Shown here piece after piece: positions 1-12,667 of a stretch of 64,000 bases of DNA; the first letter of the stretch is position 1, and every line of letters begins with the position of its first letter. The stretch lies in the NCBI GenBank assembly GCA_951406725.2, contig OX597833.1, forward strand, positions 62,434,001 to 62,498,000, in the 5' to 3' direction. Under the pieces are notes generated by a model. That model saw only the letters and a program-made list of their open reading frames with translations. It had not been told where the DNA came from and did no database searches. The stretch is from Octopus vulgaris (taxonomy: Eukaryota). Position numbers and translations under genes: made by a program.

Positions 1-96
1 AGTAGTAGTAGTAGTTTATATTGTGTTATTTCACTTTAACCTGTCTTTGTGTGATGTTATATTAATTGGAAGTTTTGCAATCTTTCTCTGCTTCAG

Positions 97-147
97 ACGG
101 GAGACAAATCCTTCAAAATTGACTCAAACAAACATCTACAGTTCAAG
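97..147 (+). CDS. EXOC2: EXOC2 internal exon (TGDKSFKIDSNKHLQFK)
   Basis: tctgcttcag acceptor, AAG|gtaag donor, 51 nt, phase 0/0; in frame with the next exon. Confidence 0.8.
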
Positions 148-189
148 GTAAGGACTTCTTATTTATATACATCAGTAGGCTTACCTACA

Positions 190-224
<35 letters not shown>

Positions 225-1015
225 CACTACCATCAGAAATTAATTAGCACCCTTGATTTGCTCTTCACTCAAGGTATGTGCTGTCACCTAGTGGCCATAT
301 CTCGAACTATTGCTTTGTTGCGAGTTCACTGTTGCGCAGAACGATGATGTAACTTTGTTTGCAGAGCAGTTTGAGAGTCTACAGCCTTATGATGTTGACA
401 TAGCAGTGCAACAACAACTTGGAGTGTGGATGCAGACAAATCTTCCTTTGTTTAATAGATATAGGTAGCGCCTCGCAAGGACCGAAATCACACCATACTA
501 AGTTTTCTCATCGCGTAAGACGTTTTGAACAGCTCATAAGGTTAATTGATTTAACCTATTTAATGTAGAAATTTGAGAAGTGCTAATTAATTTCTGACGC
601 AAGTGTACATACACTCACACACATGCATAATTGTAGATATATAGTCTTTTACTGCTTTTACTTATATATATATAAGGATAAAATTATTATTATAAAATAA
701 TAATAATAATATCATTGGCCAGCATGCAATTAAAAACTATAGAGGTAAAAATTAATACAGATTCATTATTATATATAAAAATATTTCTATTTCTAGCATG
801 TTGGTACTTTTTCCAAGTAGCCTTCATTATGATCATTTACTTTTATGTACTTTGTAAAACCGGAAAGGGCTAATGGCAAGGAACACATCTGGCTGTCAAA
901 CAGTGCCTCAATAACATATTCATCCAACCCATGCTAACATGGAAATACAGATGTAAAACAGACAAATATATATTTCTTATATTTATTTGCTTATATGATT
1001 TTTTTTTTCTCACAG

Positions 1016-1185
1016 CAAATGGTGTCAGATGTCATAACATTCTTTGCCAATCTGGTCCGTGCTGCATTCTTGCCCGAGTCTCTGGAAAACCTACCGAGAG
1101 AAGAACGGGAAAAATATGGGATCTGGCCAGAAAACAAGCAGGAGATCCCTTTTGCCTGGCTGCCACACTGTGTCCGATGTGTTCG
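1016..1185 (+). CDS. EXOC2: EXOC2 internal exon (QMVSDVITFF...WLPHCVRCVR)
   Basis: Poly-T + cacag acceptor, CG|gtaaa donor, 170 nt, phase 0/2. Confidence 0.92.
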
Positions 1186-1989
1186 GTAAATATTTAAATC
1201 TCTTTTATTCTTTTATTTGTCTCAGTTATTTGACTGTGGCCATGCTGGAGCACGGCCTTAAGTCGAGCAAATTGACCCCAGGACTTATTCTTTGTAAGCC
1301 TAGTACTTATTCTATCGGTCTCTTCTGCCGAACCGCTAAGTTACAGGAATCGAAACACACCAGCATCGGTTGACAAGCGATGTTGGGGGGATAAACACAC
1401 ACACACACATATGTACGATGGGCTTCTTTCAGTTTCCATCTACCAAATCCACTCACAAGGCTTTGGTTGGCCCAAGGTTATAGTAGAAGACACTTGTCCA
1501 AGGTGCCATGCAGTGGGACTGAACCCAGAACCATGTGGTTGGTAAGCAAGCTACTTACCACACAGCCACATCTAATTGATAATTACTAGAATCTCTGTGG
1601 TGGTTTAACCCTGGGTCAGCCCTGATCCAGCCAAACCTATGATCGTTACTGTCATCATTTAGCCCTGATCCAACAGATCTATGCTTGTTGTTGTTATTTA
1701 GCCCCAGGTCAGTGTTGATTGAGCTGAGCCATGATCAGTGGTATTCCAGCCTTAACCAACTTGTCTGTTGTTTTCCAGTCACAGTGTATCTAGGATTACA
1801 TCATCCTTCCCATGTTTAAGACAATCGTTTTAAGGATATTCGATGGCTATTTCTATCAGATTGAATGACTGCATAGAGACTCCTTGGTGGGATCATCACT
1901 AAATTAATGGTGTTGTTGTTGTTGGTTGTGGTGGCTATGGCTGAGTTGGTCGGATGCCTAAGTCTGAACAGAGCTGACCTGGGGCTACA

Positions 1990-2400
1990 CAACAACAACA
2001 ATCATCATCATTACCATCATCACTACCACCACCACCATCATCACCATTATCATCATCACCACCAGCCTCATTACCACCATGACTATCATCACCACCGCTA
2101 TCGTCACCATCACCACTGTCATCATCACCACCACCATCACCGCCACCATCACCATCACCGCCACCATCACCACCGCCACCATCACCACCATCACAATCAC
2201 TACCACCACCACCATCACCACCACCACCATCATCACCACCATCATCATCACCACCACCACCACCATCACCACTACCACCACCATCATCACCATTATCGTC
2301 CTCACCACCACCACCTGTATCCTCATCTCCACCATCATCACCATTACTGTTACCAACTGCATTATCATCATTATCATAACCATCATCATCATCACCATAG
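1990..2400. repeat. (CAC/CAT)n degenerate trinucleotide microsatellite
   Basis: Directly visible; intronic. Confidence 0.95.
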
Positions 2401-2463
2401 TCTAAGCAATTCTAATACTTTTACAAAGGCGTTCTCTAAATTCTTCTTCCGTTTCCCCTTCAG

Positions 2464-2585
2464 TTCCTGTGTTTCATCCCTCACCAATCTGGATTTGCCG
2501 ACCGATTCTACGGATCTGATCCAAGAACTGGCATTTGATATGCGAACCCACTGCATGTTTACCTTACTGAAACAGGCCATCACAG
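2464..2585 (+). CDS. EXOC2: EXOC2 internal exon (SCVSSLTNLDLPTD...LLKQAIT)
   Basis: ttccccttcag acceptor, G|gtgag donor, 122 nt, phase 2/1. Confidence 0.92.
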
Positions 2586-3138
2586 GTGAGTGCAGGAGAG
2601 CTCCTCCTTTTTTTGGTGTAAAATTTACAGAAATTAGGGAGAGATTCTTCAGGAAATAGCAGGGGAAAAAAAACAAGAAAATAAAGTAAAACTAGGAAAA
2701 GTGGGCGGGCGGGCAAGTACTGTGCCCAGAAAAAAGAGCAACAGAGGGTTGAAAAGAACGATGGAATGGGTTCCACCAGAGGGACTGAGATGGAGGTGGA
2801 ATGTCCCCTTAGCTGGTGGGGTCAGATTCATGTCAAAAGAGTAATGACCAAATAGATTGCTATCCAGGTAATATCATCCGTAGAAGAAAGGATACCTATT
2901 TCTTTACTACCCACCAGGGGCTAAACACAGAGAGAGGACAAACAAGGACAGACGAACGGATTGAGTCGATTATATCGACCCCAGTGCGTAACTGGTACTT
3001 AATTTATCGACCCTGAAAGGATGAAAGGCAAAGTCGACCTCGGCGAGTGGCAGACAAAATACGGCTACTCATTTCGCCTGGCATGCTAATGTTTCTGCCA
3101 GCTCGCCGTAGAAGAAAGGATACCATAATAGATGTTGT

Positions 3139-3440
3139 CAGTGGTGGACTGGGTCTAAAAATATTGGTTGCCAGGAGACTAAGGGGACCCACCTGCAGCT
3201 ACAAGGGGGCCCACCCACAACTATAAGGGGGCCCACCTGAAACGATAATGCTATCATTGAATTTTTTTATTTTCAACTGTCTACAAACACAGCCAGGTTG
3301 AAATAATTAATGCATTCTTCCAGGAGTGAATAAAAAATTCTCAAACTTGAGGGTGATGGGGCCCCTCCATATATGGATTCTAATGGCACAAGGGCCCACT
3401 TGCCATCAGGCAAGCTGGCAACCTGGCCAGTCCACCACTG
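3139..3440. mobile_element. hAT-type MITE
   Basis: Perfect 14-bp TIR CAGTGGTGGACTGG/CCAGTCCACCACTG; 8-bp TSD gatgttgt/gatgttct. Confidence 0.8.
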
Positions 3441-4122
3441 GATGTTCTGTATCAATGTTCAAGTTCTGCTGCAGCATCGGGAATCTCACGATGGTAGAGA
3501 TTCCTCCCCACGTATTCCAGGAGAACACCATTTGTATCCCCCCCTGGCCAGTTCCTGTCTTGCTCTGTCAACAATGTCCTACAAAAGTGATAACTCCCTA
3601 ACTCTAAAACCTGTAGCTCATTTCAGAATATCAGAAAGCGGCAGAAAGGTAAGTTGATTGAGGGGTGGTATTGATAAATGCATAAGACGTCTTTGAAGAG
3701 ATTCTCTCTCAGACAAAAATTACAGCATCATGTCTTTTAGTGGTGTATATGTATTAAGTATGATACACAGATGACTATTTTAATTTACCATATTTTAACG
3801 TGTATAAGGAAACTCCTAATTTGAGGGGCTTAAATTTTGGAAAAAAGGTTTTCTAAGGGATTACAATACTATCCATAAAGGTGAAGGTACAAGATTGGTT
3901 TGGTCAAGAATGGTAACAGACAGAGAGAGGGTTGAAGAAGGGTGTGTCCAGCAATGGACTGTTGTGTGTTAAAGGAATCAAAGAAATCAATTGAAACTCT
4001 TGGAGATGGTGCTCCAGCATGGCCACAGTCCATTGTTGGAACCAATGAAAGAATAAAAGAATCATTGTGTTGTTTTTTTTATGTTTTGTTTATTTTTTTC
4101 AAAGTATTTTTATTGTTTTTAG

Positions 4123-4196
4123 ATGTGGAATGTCTTCACACCAAAGAAACCTGGAATGTCGAAGCTGACGACGAATATGGCGGCACAACCCAGCTT
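4123..4196 (+). CDS. EXOC2: EXOC2 internal exon (DVECLHTKETWNVEADDEYGGTTQL)
   Basis: tttttag acceptor, |gtaag donor, 74 nt, phase 1/0; resembles the human KEDW..GLTSL segment. Confidence 0.92.
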
Positions 4197-4275
4197 GTAA
4201 GTAGAGGACTTGCAGACTATTATAGAATATTGTGGAGTTTTCTAGTACTGTAGAGAATTGCTGAATATTGTAGAG

Positions 4276-4950
4276 CAGTGTTTCTCAACCAGGGTTCCCC
4301 GGAACCCTAGGATTCGGCAAAAGGTTCCTAAGGGTTCCACAAGAAAGAGTGAGATAAGCTAATGCTAATTTCATGATTGTAATTCTTACTATACATGCAC
4401 AACATCTTATTGTTTATTGTAATATAGACATCATTCTATCTAACTTATCATGTTATCAAAACAATATAACAACCACATATATATATATATGTTTTTGTTG
4501 TTTGTTCCTTCTCAAGCCATGCCTGGCTCATAAGGGCCGGTTTCCTTGGCTTATAGGTTCCCCACCTGGACGGGACGCTGGTCCATCGCAGGTGAGCTGC
4601 AAGATGCAGGAGGAAAGAGTGAGAGAAAGTTGTGGCGAAAGAGTCAGCAGAAGTTCGCCATTACCTTCGGCCAGAGCCGCACAGAGCTTAGGTGTTTCAC
4701 TCATAAACACACACATTGCCTGGTCTGAGATTCGAACCTGTGATCCCTCGACCGCGAGTCCGCAGCTCTAACCACTAGGCCATGTGCCTCAACACACACA
4801 CACACACACATATATATAATATTTACCATGTGAACGACAATGAAAATATATGAGAAAGATATGGTGTATAATTTTGTTTGTGCAGGGGTTCCTTGAGACA
4901 TATTATTTATTTTAAGAGTTATGCAAGGGTATAAAGGTTGGAAAACACTG
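4276..4950. mobile_element. hAT (Charlie-like) MITE containing a nested SINE (about 4500-4790)
   Basis: TIR CAGTGTTTCTCAACC / GGTTGGAAAACACTG; 8-bp TSD ttgtagag/ctgtagag. Confidence 0.8.
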
Positions 4951-5532
4951 CTGTAGAGTATTGTAGAAAATTGTAAGGTATCATGGAAAATTGTGTTGTA
5001 CTGTGAGTATAGTAAAATATAGTAGGAACATATTCTGAAATGGGGAAATGTGATAATGCGCTGTATACTGTACTGTGGAAAAAAATGTATAGATTTTTAA
5101 TCAACACTGAAGGTATAGACAAGCGTAAATATGATGTCTCTGTGGACAGAAAAAGAGATCAGCTGAACTAGTTTCAGCCCTATGTTGGGACGTCATCACT
5201 GACTGAGCACCTTCTATCTGCTTAGAAACTCATTATTACTTATCGTTTGAGTTAAATAGTCTAATTTGCATTTATAAAGCATGCTCAATGGTTAGTTCGT
5301 TTAATAAATTACTGTTTTATTTCAATGCTCTGTGGATAGTAAAAGAGGGTTCACAATGATGAAATCTCAACATGGGACTGAAACTAGTCCAGATGATCTT
5401 TTTTTTTTTTATTTCTGTCTACAAAAATATTGTATGTAAAGTCAAAGTGTTTTCATTTGTCGATACATACATACAATGTTGGCTACAGATCTCTCTGTAC
5501 ATATATTCTGTAGAACAGTATATAGCATTAAA

Positions 5533-5859
5533 GAAAGACTCCGCCGGTTACGAAGACGAGGGTCACAGCTGATACGATCAACGGAACAGCTTGCTCGTGA
5601 AATTAACGTGCAAATGGCTGAGCATTCCACAGACACGTGTACCCTTAACGTAGTTCTCGGGGATAATCAGCGTGACACAGAGAGTGACAAGGCTGACCCT
5701 TTGAAATACAAGTACAACTCATTTTTGCCAGCTGAGTGGACTGGAGCAACGTGAAATAAAGTGTCTTGCTCAAGGACACAACGCGTCGCCGGGAATCGAA
5801 CTCACAACCTTACGATCATGAGCCGAATGCCCTAACCACTAAGCCACGCGCCCTCACTA
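5533..5859 (-). mobile_element. tRNA-derived SINE family D with 14-bp TSD
   Basis: TSD tatatagcattaaa at 5519-5532 and 5860-5873; tRNA-like head TGGCTTAGTGG...GAGTTCGATTCCC; body GTGTCCTTGAGCAAGACACTT. Relatives: 9005-9310(+), 15232-15460(+); different-bodied elements with a similar head at 4500-4790(-) and 16010-16312(-). Confidence 0.8.
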
Positions 5860-6116
5860 TATATAGCATTAAACATGTCTGTCTATACAGTTTGTCCATA
5901 TATGTGTTTATATATGTGTGTGTATTCTGAAGTACAGTATATAGTCTTGAAGAAAGGTATATATATATCTGCTATTCTTTTGGTGAAGCAAAGCAACCAT
6001 GTTCAGAGATCTCATTTGCTGACTTCAAATCCTCTCACTCTTGTTTCAATTCCAGCCACCGTCATTATTTGTTAATTCTGTCCAAACTAATCCATTGTCT
6101 CCTGTTTCTATTCCAG

Positions 6117-6200
6117 CCGGCGTTATTTGAAAATATTGTCAATGAAACAATTCAACATTTACATGAAGTTGTTATCCAGAACAGAACTGGGGAATATGAG
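6117..6200 (+). CDS. EXOC2: EXOC2 internal exon (PALFENIVNETIQHLHEVVIQNRTGEYE)
   Basis: ttccag acceptor, GAG|gtaaa donor, 84 nt, phase 0/0. Confidence 0.9.
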
Positions 6201-6778
6201 GTAAATATTGTTGTTGCTATAGATGTTGTTGTTGTTGGTATTAATGCTGTTGTTGTAGAAGAGGGTGTGAAAGTGTAGATAGTCTTCATCATCATCATCA
6301 TGTAGCATCCCCTTTTCCAAGCCCCCATGGGTCAGACAGAGTTTTATTGAGGCAAACATTATCATTTTTTAATAAGAAATATTTAAAATTTAGTGATGAT
6401 ATTTAACGAAATTGATGAAGAACCATAATATTTTGCTTCAATATTTTGCTGGAAATCAGTGCCTTTTAAGCTAAAATTACTGCATTCTTCCCAGATTTAG
6501 GTCACCCATAATTCAGCACCCTTAATACTCAAAATCATTTCAGATGCTTGTTAATCTCTTGGATAGCCACATATATCCCCCCACCCCCTCACTATTGACC
6601 ACTTTGCTAGGCCATTGTATATCTAGAACTACATCATCTAACATTTTCCTCTCTTTTTAAGATGTATGATTTGAGAAAATTTCAGCTGTTTTTGTCCTAG
6701 CAGGTGGGGCAAGAACTCTGGAAAATAGAACTGTCAAAAGCCCTTTCAAGTATGCTTCTTAATCTTGTTTATTTCCAG

Positions 6779-6903
6779 ATCTTCAGCCAGCAGACAACCC
6801 AGAAAGAAGCCACTATGCTATGTACCAAACTGCTCCAAGCATTCTCTGTCTGTCTCCACAAATTAGCTTTCCAACAGCCTCAGTCAATTGGAGACACAAA
6901 TAA
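6779..6903 (+). CDS. EXOC2: EXOC2 internal exon (IFSQQTTQKEATMLC...QSIGDTN)
   Basis: tttccag acceptor, AA|gttagt donor, 125 nt, phase 0/2. Confidence 0.88.
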
Positions 6904-6966
6904 GTTAGTCTTCCTATGTTTTTCACTTAACCTGTCTTTGTGTTTGTCCATCTTCTTGAGTTTATA

Positions 6967-7002
<36 letters not shown>

Positions 7003-8186
7003 TAAGAATTTTTTGCGTAATAAGATAAAAAAACCAAGGCTGTATAGATATTAGAGCATTTATAGACGCTCTAATATCTATACAGTGTTGGGTTTTTTAT
7101 CTTATTACGCCAAAAAATTCTTATATACACGCGCTGACATATGACCAACGTTGAACCCTTTATTCGCAATATCACCGAATCTGGAACTTAATTATGGTCT
7201 GTCCATAGCACTTACTCAGCATTACCTGACACCTTTGGGTCTCAATGACACCATTATCTCTTATAACCTCAACTTATATATACATATATACATACATTCA
7301 CATGCTCACACATACAAACATATATATGATCTGTTGATTAATGAACATTTGAACGTTGGGCCTCACTGAGGCAATGACAAGTGGCTGAGACCTTTGGAGA
7401 TATGCTTTGCTTGAGAAGACCTGGCAAGCCAAGTGAGACCATGACCTGAGCCAGTGCTGTATAACCAGCCCATTTAAGAGTACCCTTCAATCATTGGACA
7501 ATAAACTATGCTTGCAAAGACCTGTTGAGGCAAGTGAAATCGTTGTCGTGGCCGATGAGAGTACTGCCTGATTGGCACCTGTACCAGTGGAGCGTTAAAA
7601 GCACCATTTGAGTGTGATTGTTGCCAGGGCCGCTGACTGGCTCCCGTACTGGTGGCACATAAAAAGCACCATTCGAGCATGATCATTGCCAGCGTCGCCT
7701 AACTGGCTCCTGTGCCAGTGGCACATAAAAAGCATCATTCGTTGCCAGTGCCGTTAGACTGGCTCATGTGCACCATTTGAGTGTGGCCATTGCCAGTACT
7801 GCCTGACTGGCCCTCGTAAAAGCACTCACTACACTCTCGGTGTGGTTGGCATTAGGAAGGGCATCCAGCTGTAGAAAATCATGCCCAATCAGGCAGGAGC
7901 CTGGTGCAGCATGTCAGCCCAGTTTTTTAGTTTAAAAAAATCATCTAATCCCATGATTACTGGATGTGGCTTCTTCAAATCGTACAAATGTCTTCACCTT
8001 ATTTTCTTCCATCGAGTGAGGTTTTCTTTAACTGAAAATATTACAATCTATCTTTCATCGTGGTATTCACTCTAACATATGTAGTTTTATGATCTATTTA
8101 CATATTTCTCAATGCTTCTAAATATTTATTTTTTATGTAAACAGATTTTTAATTTTATTTATTAATTTCTGTATTTTTTCTTTCAG

Positions 8187-8220
8187 ATCTGATTCTTTAC
8201 AAGATGATCTACCACCATTT
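8187..8220 (+). CDS. EXOC2: EXOC2 34-nt small exon (SDSLQDDLPPF)
   Basis: Long polypyrimidine + cag acceptor, |gtaagt donor; phase 2/0 exactly bridges the flanking exons. Confidence 0.85.
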
Positions 8221-8265
8221 GTAAGTAAACGTTAAAACAGTTCCTAATAATAATAATAATAATAA

Positions 8266-8850
8266 ATGCCCTGATGCAGTACCAGGCAGTGACTCTCGTG
8301 GCTTCTGATCTTAACTGATTGGAAGTGTTATCATGTACATTGTTTTGTCTTGGTATAAAGGATGGGCTACAGCAAATATTCTGCTCAATACCACAGATTT
8401 GCTTGTCAGTTGTTTGACCGTAACCAGTTGAGCATGTCCCTTAGTGGCTGATGATAAGTGCATCTCTGATCACGAGCAGAAGTAGTGGGGGAGCATCATA
8501 GCCGTGTGTTGAGAGGGATTCTTGGAAGTTTGGATAATTCACCTTAGGAAATATGGGTGTTTCATTCAACATCCTTAAACAACCCTTATTCAGGGACCTT
8601 TTGAGCCGGATGGGTTACTTGACCAGAAGAAAATTCTTACTGGGCCCCACCTGCAAGGTCATGCACTGTTAATCTTGATATGAGATCACCATGTCATGCA
8701 CATATGGTTGTGATACATGTACGTGGTGTACCCTTATCAGACGGGTAGTCATGATGGGTATACTGGGCTTCATATAATTGTACCCCAGTATCACTTTGAA
8801 GGCATGCACTGCTCTCTCACTCAATAATAATAATAATAATAATGATAATA
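8266..8850 (+). mobile_element. ~560-bp non-coding dispersed element inserted in (TAA)n
   Basis: Similar copies at 63492-64000(+) and 33815-34040(-); (TAA)n runs flank the 8266 and 33815 copies. Confidence 0.7.
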
Positions 8851-9351
8851 GGAGGAGAAGGATGGGAAGATTATCAGACTTTTAGGCAGAGGAAAGATTA
8901 TCAGAAGGGTTTTGAGCACTTGAAAGATTATCAAAAGCTTGTAGATATCTAAGGTTACAGGTAGTAACCCACTTAAATTCTACCTCTGTCTAATTCATAT
9001 GTGAAGGCTTAGTGGTCAGGGTATTTGGCTCACAATCATAAGGTCCCATGTTCAATTCCCAGCAGTGCACTGTGTCCTTGAGCAAGACACTTTATTTTAC
9101 GTTGCTCCAGTCCACTCAGATGGTACAAATGAGTTGTACCTGAAATTCAAATTGCCAGCCATATCACGCTCTGTTTCACACTGAATCTCCCTGAGAACTA
9201 TGTTAAGGGTACACGTGTCTGTGGAGTACTCAGCCACTTGCACATTAATTTCACGAGGAGGCTGTTCCATCAATTGGATCAACTGGAATACTCACCTTCG
9301 TAACCAACAGAATGCTAATAACTGTATCTATATAATATCAATATTATTTCT

Positions 9352-9765
9352 GGAGTGGCTGTGTGGTAAGTAGCTTGTTTACCAACCACATGGTTCCAGG
9401 TTCAGTCCCACTGCGTAGCACCTTGGGCAAGTGTCTTCTACTATAGCCTCGGGCCAACCAAAGCCTTGTGAGTGGATTTGGTAGACGGAAACTGAAAGAA
9501 GCCCGTCGTATATATGTATATATATATATATATATGTATGCGTGGGTGTGTTTGTGTGTCTGTGTTTGTCCCCTTAGCATTGCTTGACAACCGATGCTGG
9601 TGTGTTTATGTCCCCGTTACTTAGCGGTTCAGCAAAAAGAGACCGATAGAATAAGTACTGGGCTTACAAAAGAATAAGTCCCGGGGTCGAGTTGCTCGAT
9701 TAAAGGCGGTGCTCCAGCTTGGCTGCAGTCAAATGATTGAAACAAGTAAAAGAGTAAAAGAGAGT
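9352..9765 (+). mobile_element. tRNA-derived CORE-like SINE, family A
   Basis: A-box-like GTGGCTGTGTGG, B-box-like GGTTCAGTCCC, CORE-like CACCTTGGGCAAGTGTCTT, internal (TA)n, 3' end GACTGAAACAAGTAAAAGA. Other copies: 1201-1570(-), 17687-18078, 30393-30788, 37096-37480, 41537-41915(-), 45743-46410, 49350-49755(-), 51789-52202, 55713-56096, 56947-57354. Confidence 0.85.
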
Positions 9766-9844
9766 ATTTGATATCAATATAATATCAACCAAGATATCTC
9801 ATTTATTGAATATGTTTTTTTTTTTATTTCTTTCCGTTTTGTAG

Positions 9845-9961
9845 GATAAACGTCTAATTATTATGTTGAGTAATTGCAATCACGTTTGTAATCGCGTGAT
9901 TCCAAGACTTGTGGAGAATTTAGAAAAACACGGCTATGTTGAGATGGACAAAGGATTACAG
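9845..9961 (+). CDS. EXOC2: EXOC2 internal exon (DKRLIIMLSNC...EMDKGLQ)
   Basis: tttgtag acceptor, CAG|gtaag donor, 117 nt, phase 0/0. Confidence 0.95.
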
Positions 9962-10811
9962 GTAAGTTGTTTCACATTATCTATTGTTATTGGTTCTCTT
10001 CTATTGCACCTTAATTAGTTTGGTTCAGGTGTTTGATGTTTTAGTGACGGTTGGGTCAACTGCATTGGTAGATGGCACGGTGGCCATCTAGCTGAATGGA
10101 AGGTCAGCATGTTCTGAGCTGTCACTGGTTTTATTGGTCTGTCACAAAAGTCTTTCTCTCTTTCCCCTTCTCTCTTTATCTCATCCCCTCTCTCTTCCTT
10201 TTTCTCCCTCACCCTCTCTCTTTCTTCCCCTCACCCTCTCTCTTGCTTTCTCTTCTTGTGCTGTCTTTCCTCCCTTTTTCTGTCTGCCTGTCTCTCTTTT
10301 CCCTCTCCCCATCTCTTCCACCATTCTTTTTTCTCTCTTCCTCTCTCCTCCTTTCTCTTCCCTCACACACACATATACATACAATGGGCTTCTTTTAGTT
10401 TCCATTTACCAAATTCACTCACAAAGCTTTAATTGGCCTGAGGTTTAGTTAGAAAACACTTGCTCAAGGTGAGTGGGACTGAACCTGGAACCATGTGATT
10501 GGGAAAGCAAGCATCTTACCACACAGCCACACTGAACCTAGTATGTTGAATTCTTCAGCAAAACATTTCATATCATGTTGCTTCAGTCCACTCAACTGTA
10601 AATAGGGACCCCTGTGACTGACCGGTCTCCAGTTCAAGGGAGAATATCGGCCCGCCTGCCCAGCCAGCCGGGTGGCATCATTTAGGATCTCCCACAATGC
10701 AAGGAAGTGTAGTGTGACCAGCAGTCTATACCAACATCCAATAAACAGCTTGATACAGTGATAATTGTTCATTACAAATAGTGTTTTTCTTTTTATTTTA
10801 ATTAACTACAG

Positions 10812-10953
10812 ATAGCTCAAGCAAAATATCTGGAACTGGATAATAAATTATTCGAGGCTTACATAGAAGAGAAGTCCAATCCTATAGTTGGAGCTATGGA
10901 ACAAAATATGTATCGTGGCAGCTTTGACTGGAATACCTGCACCAAACCTGTTG
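10812..10953 (+). CDS. EXOC2: EXOC2 internal exon (IAQAKYLELDNKLFEAYIEEK...FDWNTCTKPV)
   Basis: ctacag acceptor, G|gtaag donor, 142 nt, phase 0/1. Confidence 0.95.
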
Positions 10954-12466
10954 GTAAGCAGCTTCACTTTTTTCTCTCTTTTAATTCTATGTTTTGTTAT
11001 GAACAACACACGGATGACTGGCATCTGTGCTAGCAGGGTGCAAAGAGCACCATACGAGTGTGTTCGTTGACAGAGCGGCTAACTGGCTTCCGTGCCAGTG
11101 GCACATAAAAGGCACCATTCGAGTGTGATTGTTACCAGTGTCGCCTTACTGGCACTTGTGCCTGTGCTAGTAGGGTGCCAAGAGCACCATCCGAGTGTGA
11201 TCGTTGCCAGAGCAGCCAACTGGCTTCCATGCTGGTGGCACGTAAAAGGGCACTATTCGAGTATGATCGTTGCCTTACTGGCCCCTGTGCCGGTGGCATG
11301 TAAAAAGCACCCACTACACTCTCGGAATGGTTGGCATTAGGAAGGGCATCCAGCTGTAGAAACACTGCCTGATCAGACTGGAGCCTGGTGCAGCCATCTG
11401 GTTTGCCTGCCCTCAGTCAAAATCGTCCAACCCATGCTAGCATGGAAAGCGGATGTTAAACAATGACGATGATGATGAACAACAGCAATCAGATACAGGC
11501 TTTCGAATTTGCCAAATCATATTAAGAATGAATAGGTGCGTTATTGCACAAATTCATCATCTTGTAACTAAAAACAAAAATATCTGTTTCTTTTTCTTTT
11601 CATCGGTTATTATTTTGAATTCCAGGAGTGTCAGTGTGGTTAAGAAGTTTGTTTCCCAACCACATGGTTTCAGGTTCAATCCCATTGTGTATCACACTGG
11701 GCAAGTGTCATCTACTATAGCCCCAGGCTGATCAAAGCCTTGTGAGGGGATTTGGTAGATGGAAACAAAAAGAAACCTGTTATGCATGTATGTGTGTATG
11801 TTTGTATTTCCTTGTCTTTGACTTTGTGCGATGGTTGTAAATGAGTATCACTGTTATACAAGCAACGTCATTCATTTCCAGTCTTCAGTGTAAACATGTC
11901 TTGCCATGGAAAAATATTACTTTCCACCATTGTCTGGCCCCCGTGCCGGTGGCATGTACAAAGCACCATCCAATCGTGGCCGTTGCCAGCCTCTCCTGGC
12001 CCCCGTGCTGGTGGCACGTAAAAAGCACCATCCGACCGTGGCCGTTTGCCAGCCCCGTCTGGCACGTAAAAAGCACCCACTACACTCACGGAGTGGTTGG
12101 CATTAGGAAGGGCATCCAGCCGTAGAAACATTGCCAGATCAGACTGGGCCTGGTGCAGCCTTCTGGCTTCCCAGACCCCAGTTAAACCGTCCAACCCATG
12201 CTAGCATGGAAAGGGGACGTTAAATGATGATGATGATGATGATTGGCAACAGGTGATAGTTGGTTGACAGGAAGAGCACCCGGCCCAATGAATTCCATCC
12301 AACTGCTGAATTTTGGAAAGAATATAAATGTACCACAAGTGAAAAAAAGTTGTAGAACCCTGCTCTGTTATACTCCACTTTATTTTATTTATAATCTGCT
12401 GTAATCGATTGTGCTCCACTGTACTCTACTCTTCTGTACTCTTTTTCTCTTGTGTTTAAATTAAAG

Positions 12467-12522
12467 CTGTGAGGAGTTACTTGAAGGAAGTCTTAATGGG
12501 AATGATTGAAGTTCATGCTGAA
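12467..12522 (+). CDS. EXOC2: EXOC2 internal exon (AVRSYLKEVLMGMIEVHAE)
   Basis: Atypical ttaaag acceptor after an upstream pyrimidine tract, |gtaagt donor, 56 nt, phase 1/0. Confidence 0.93.
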
Positions 12523-12667
12523 GTAAGTACTTTTACTAGTTGTTGTTGTTGTTGGTAAAGAAGTGCAGTCTGTGTGTGTTGCTTCAGTCATTTGGGGTTC
12601 AATCCCACTTTCATGGTACTTTGGGCAAGTGTCTCCTACTCTAGCCCCTGGCCAGCCAATATCTTGT

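Noticed and set aside
1907-2659. 250-aa His-rich ORF
   Set aside because: It is an intronic (CAC/CAT)n microsatellite that happens to be in frame with the EXOC2 exon at 2464-2585; the true exon has its own acceptor.
5790-5859. tRNA-like sequences at SINE heads
   Set aside because: A/B boxes are present, but they run into SINE bodies with TSDs and I could not fold a complete cloverleaf; not tRNA genes.
11092-12194. Recurrent ORFs such as MFLQLDALPNANHS... and ...RRHLPKV...
   Set aside because: They recur wherever family A or C repeats occur; these are repeat-derived spurious ORFs.
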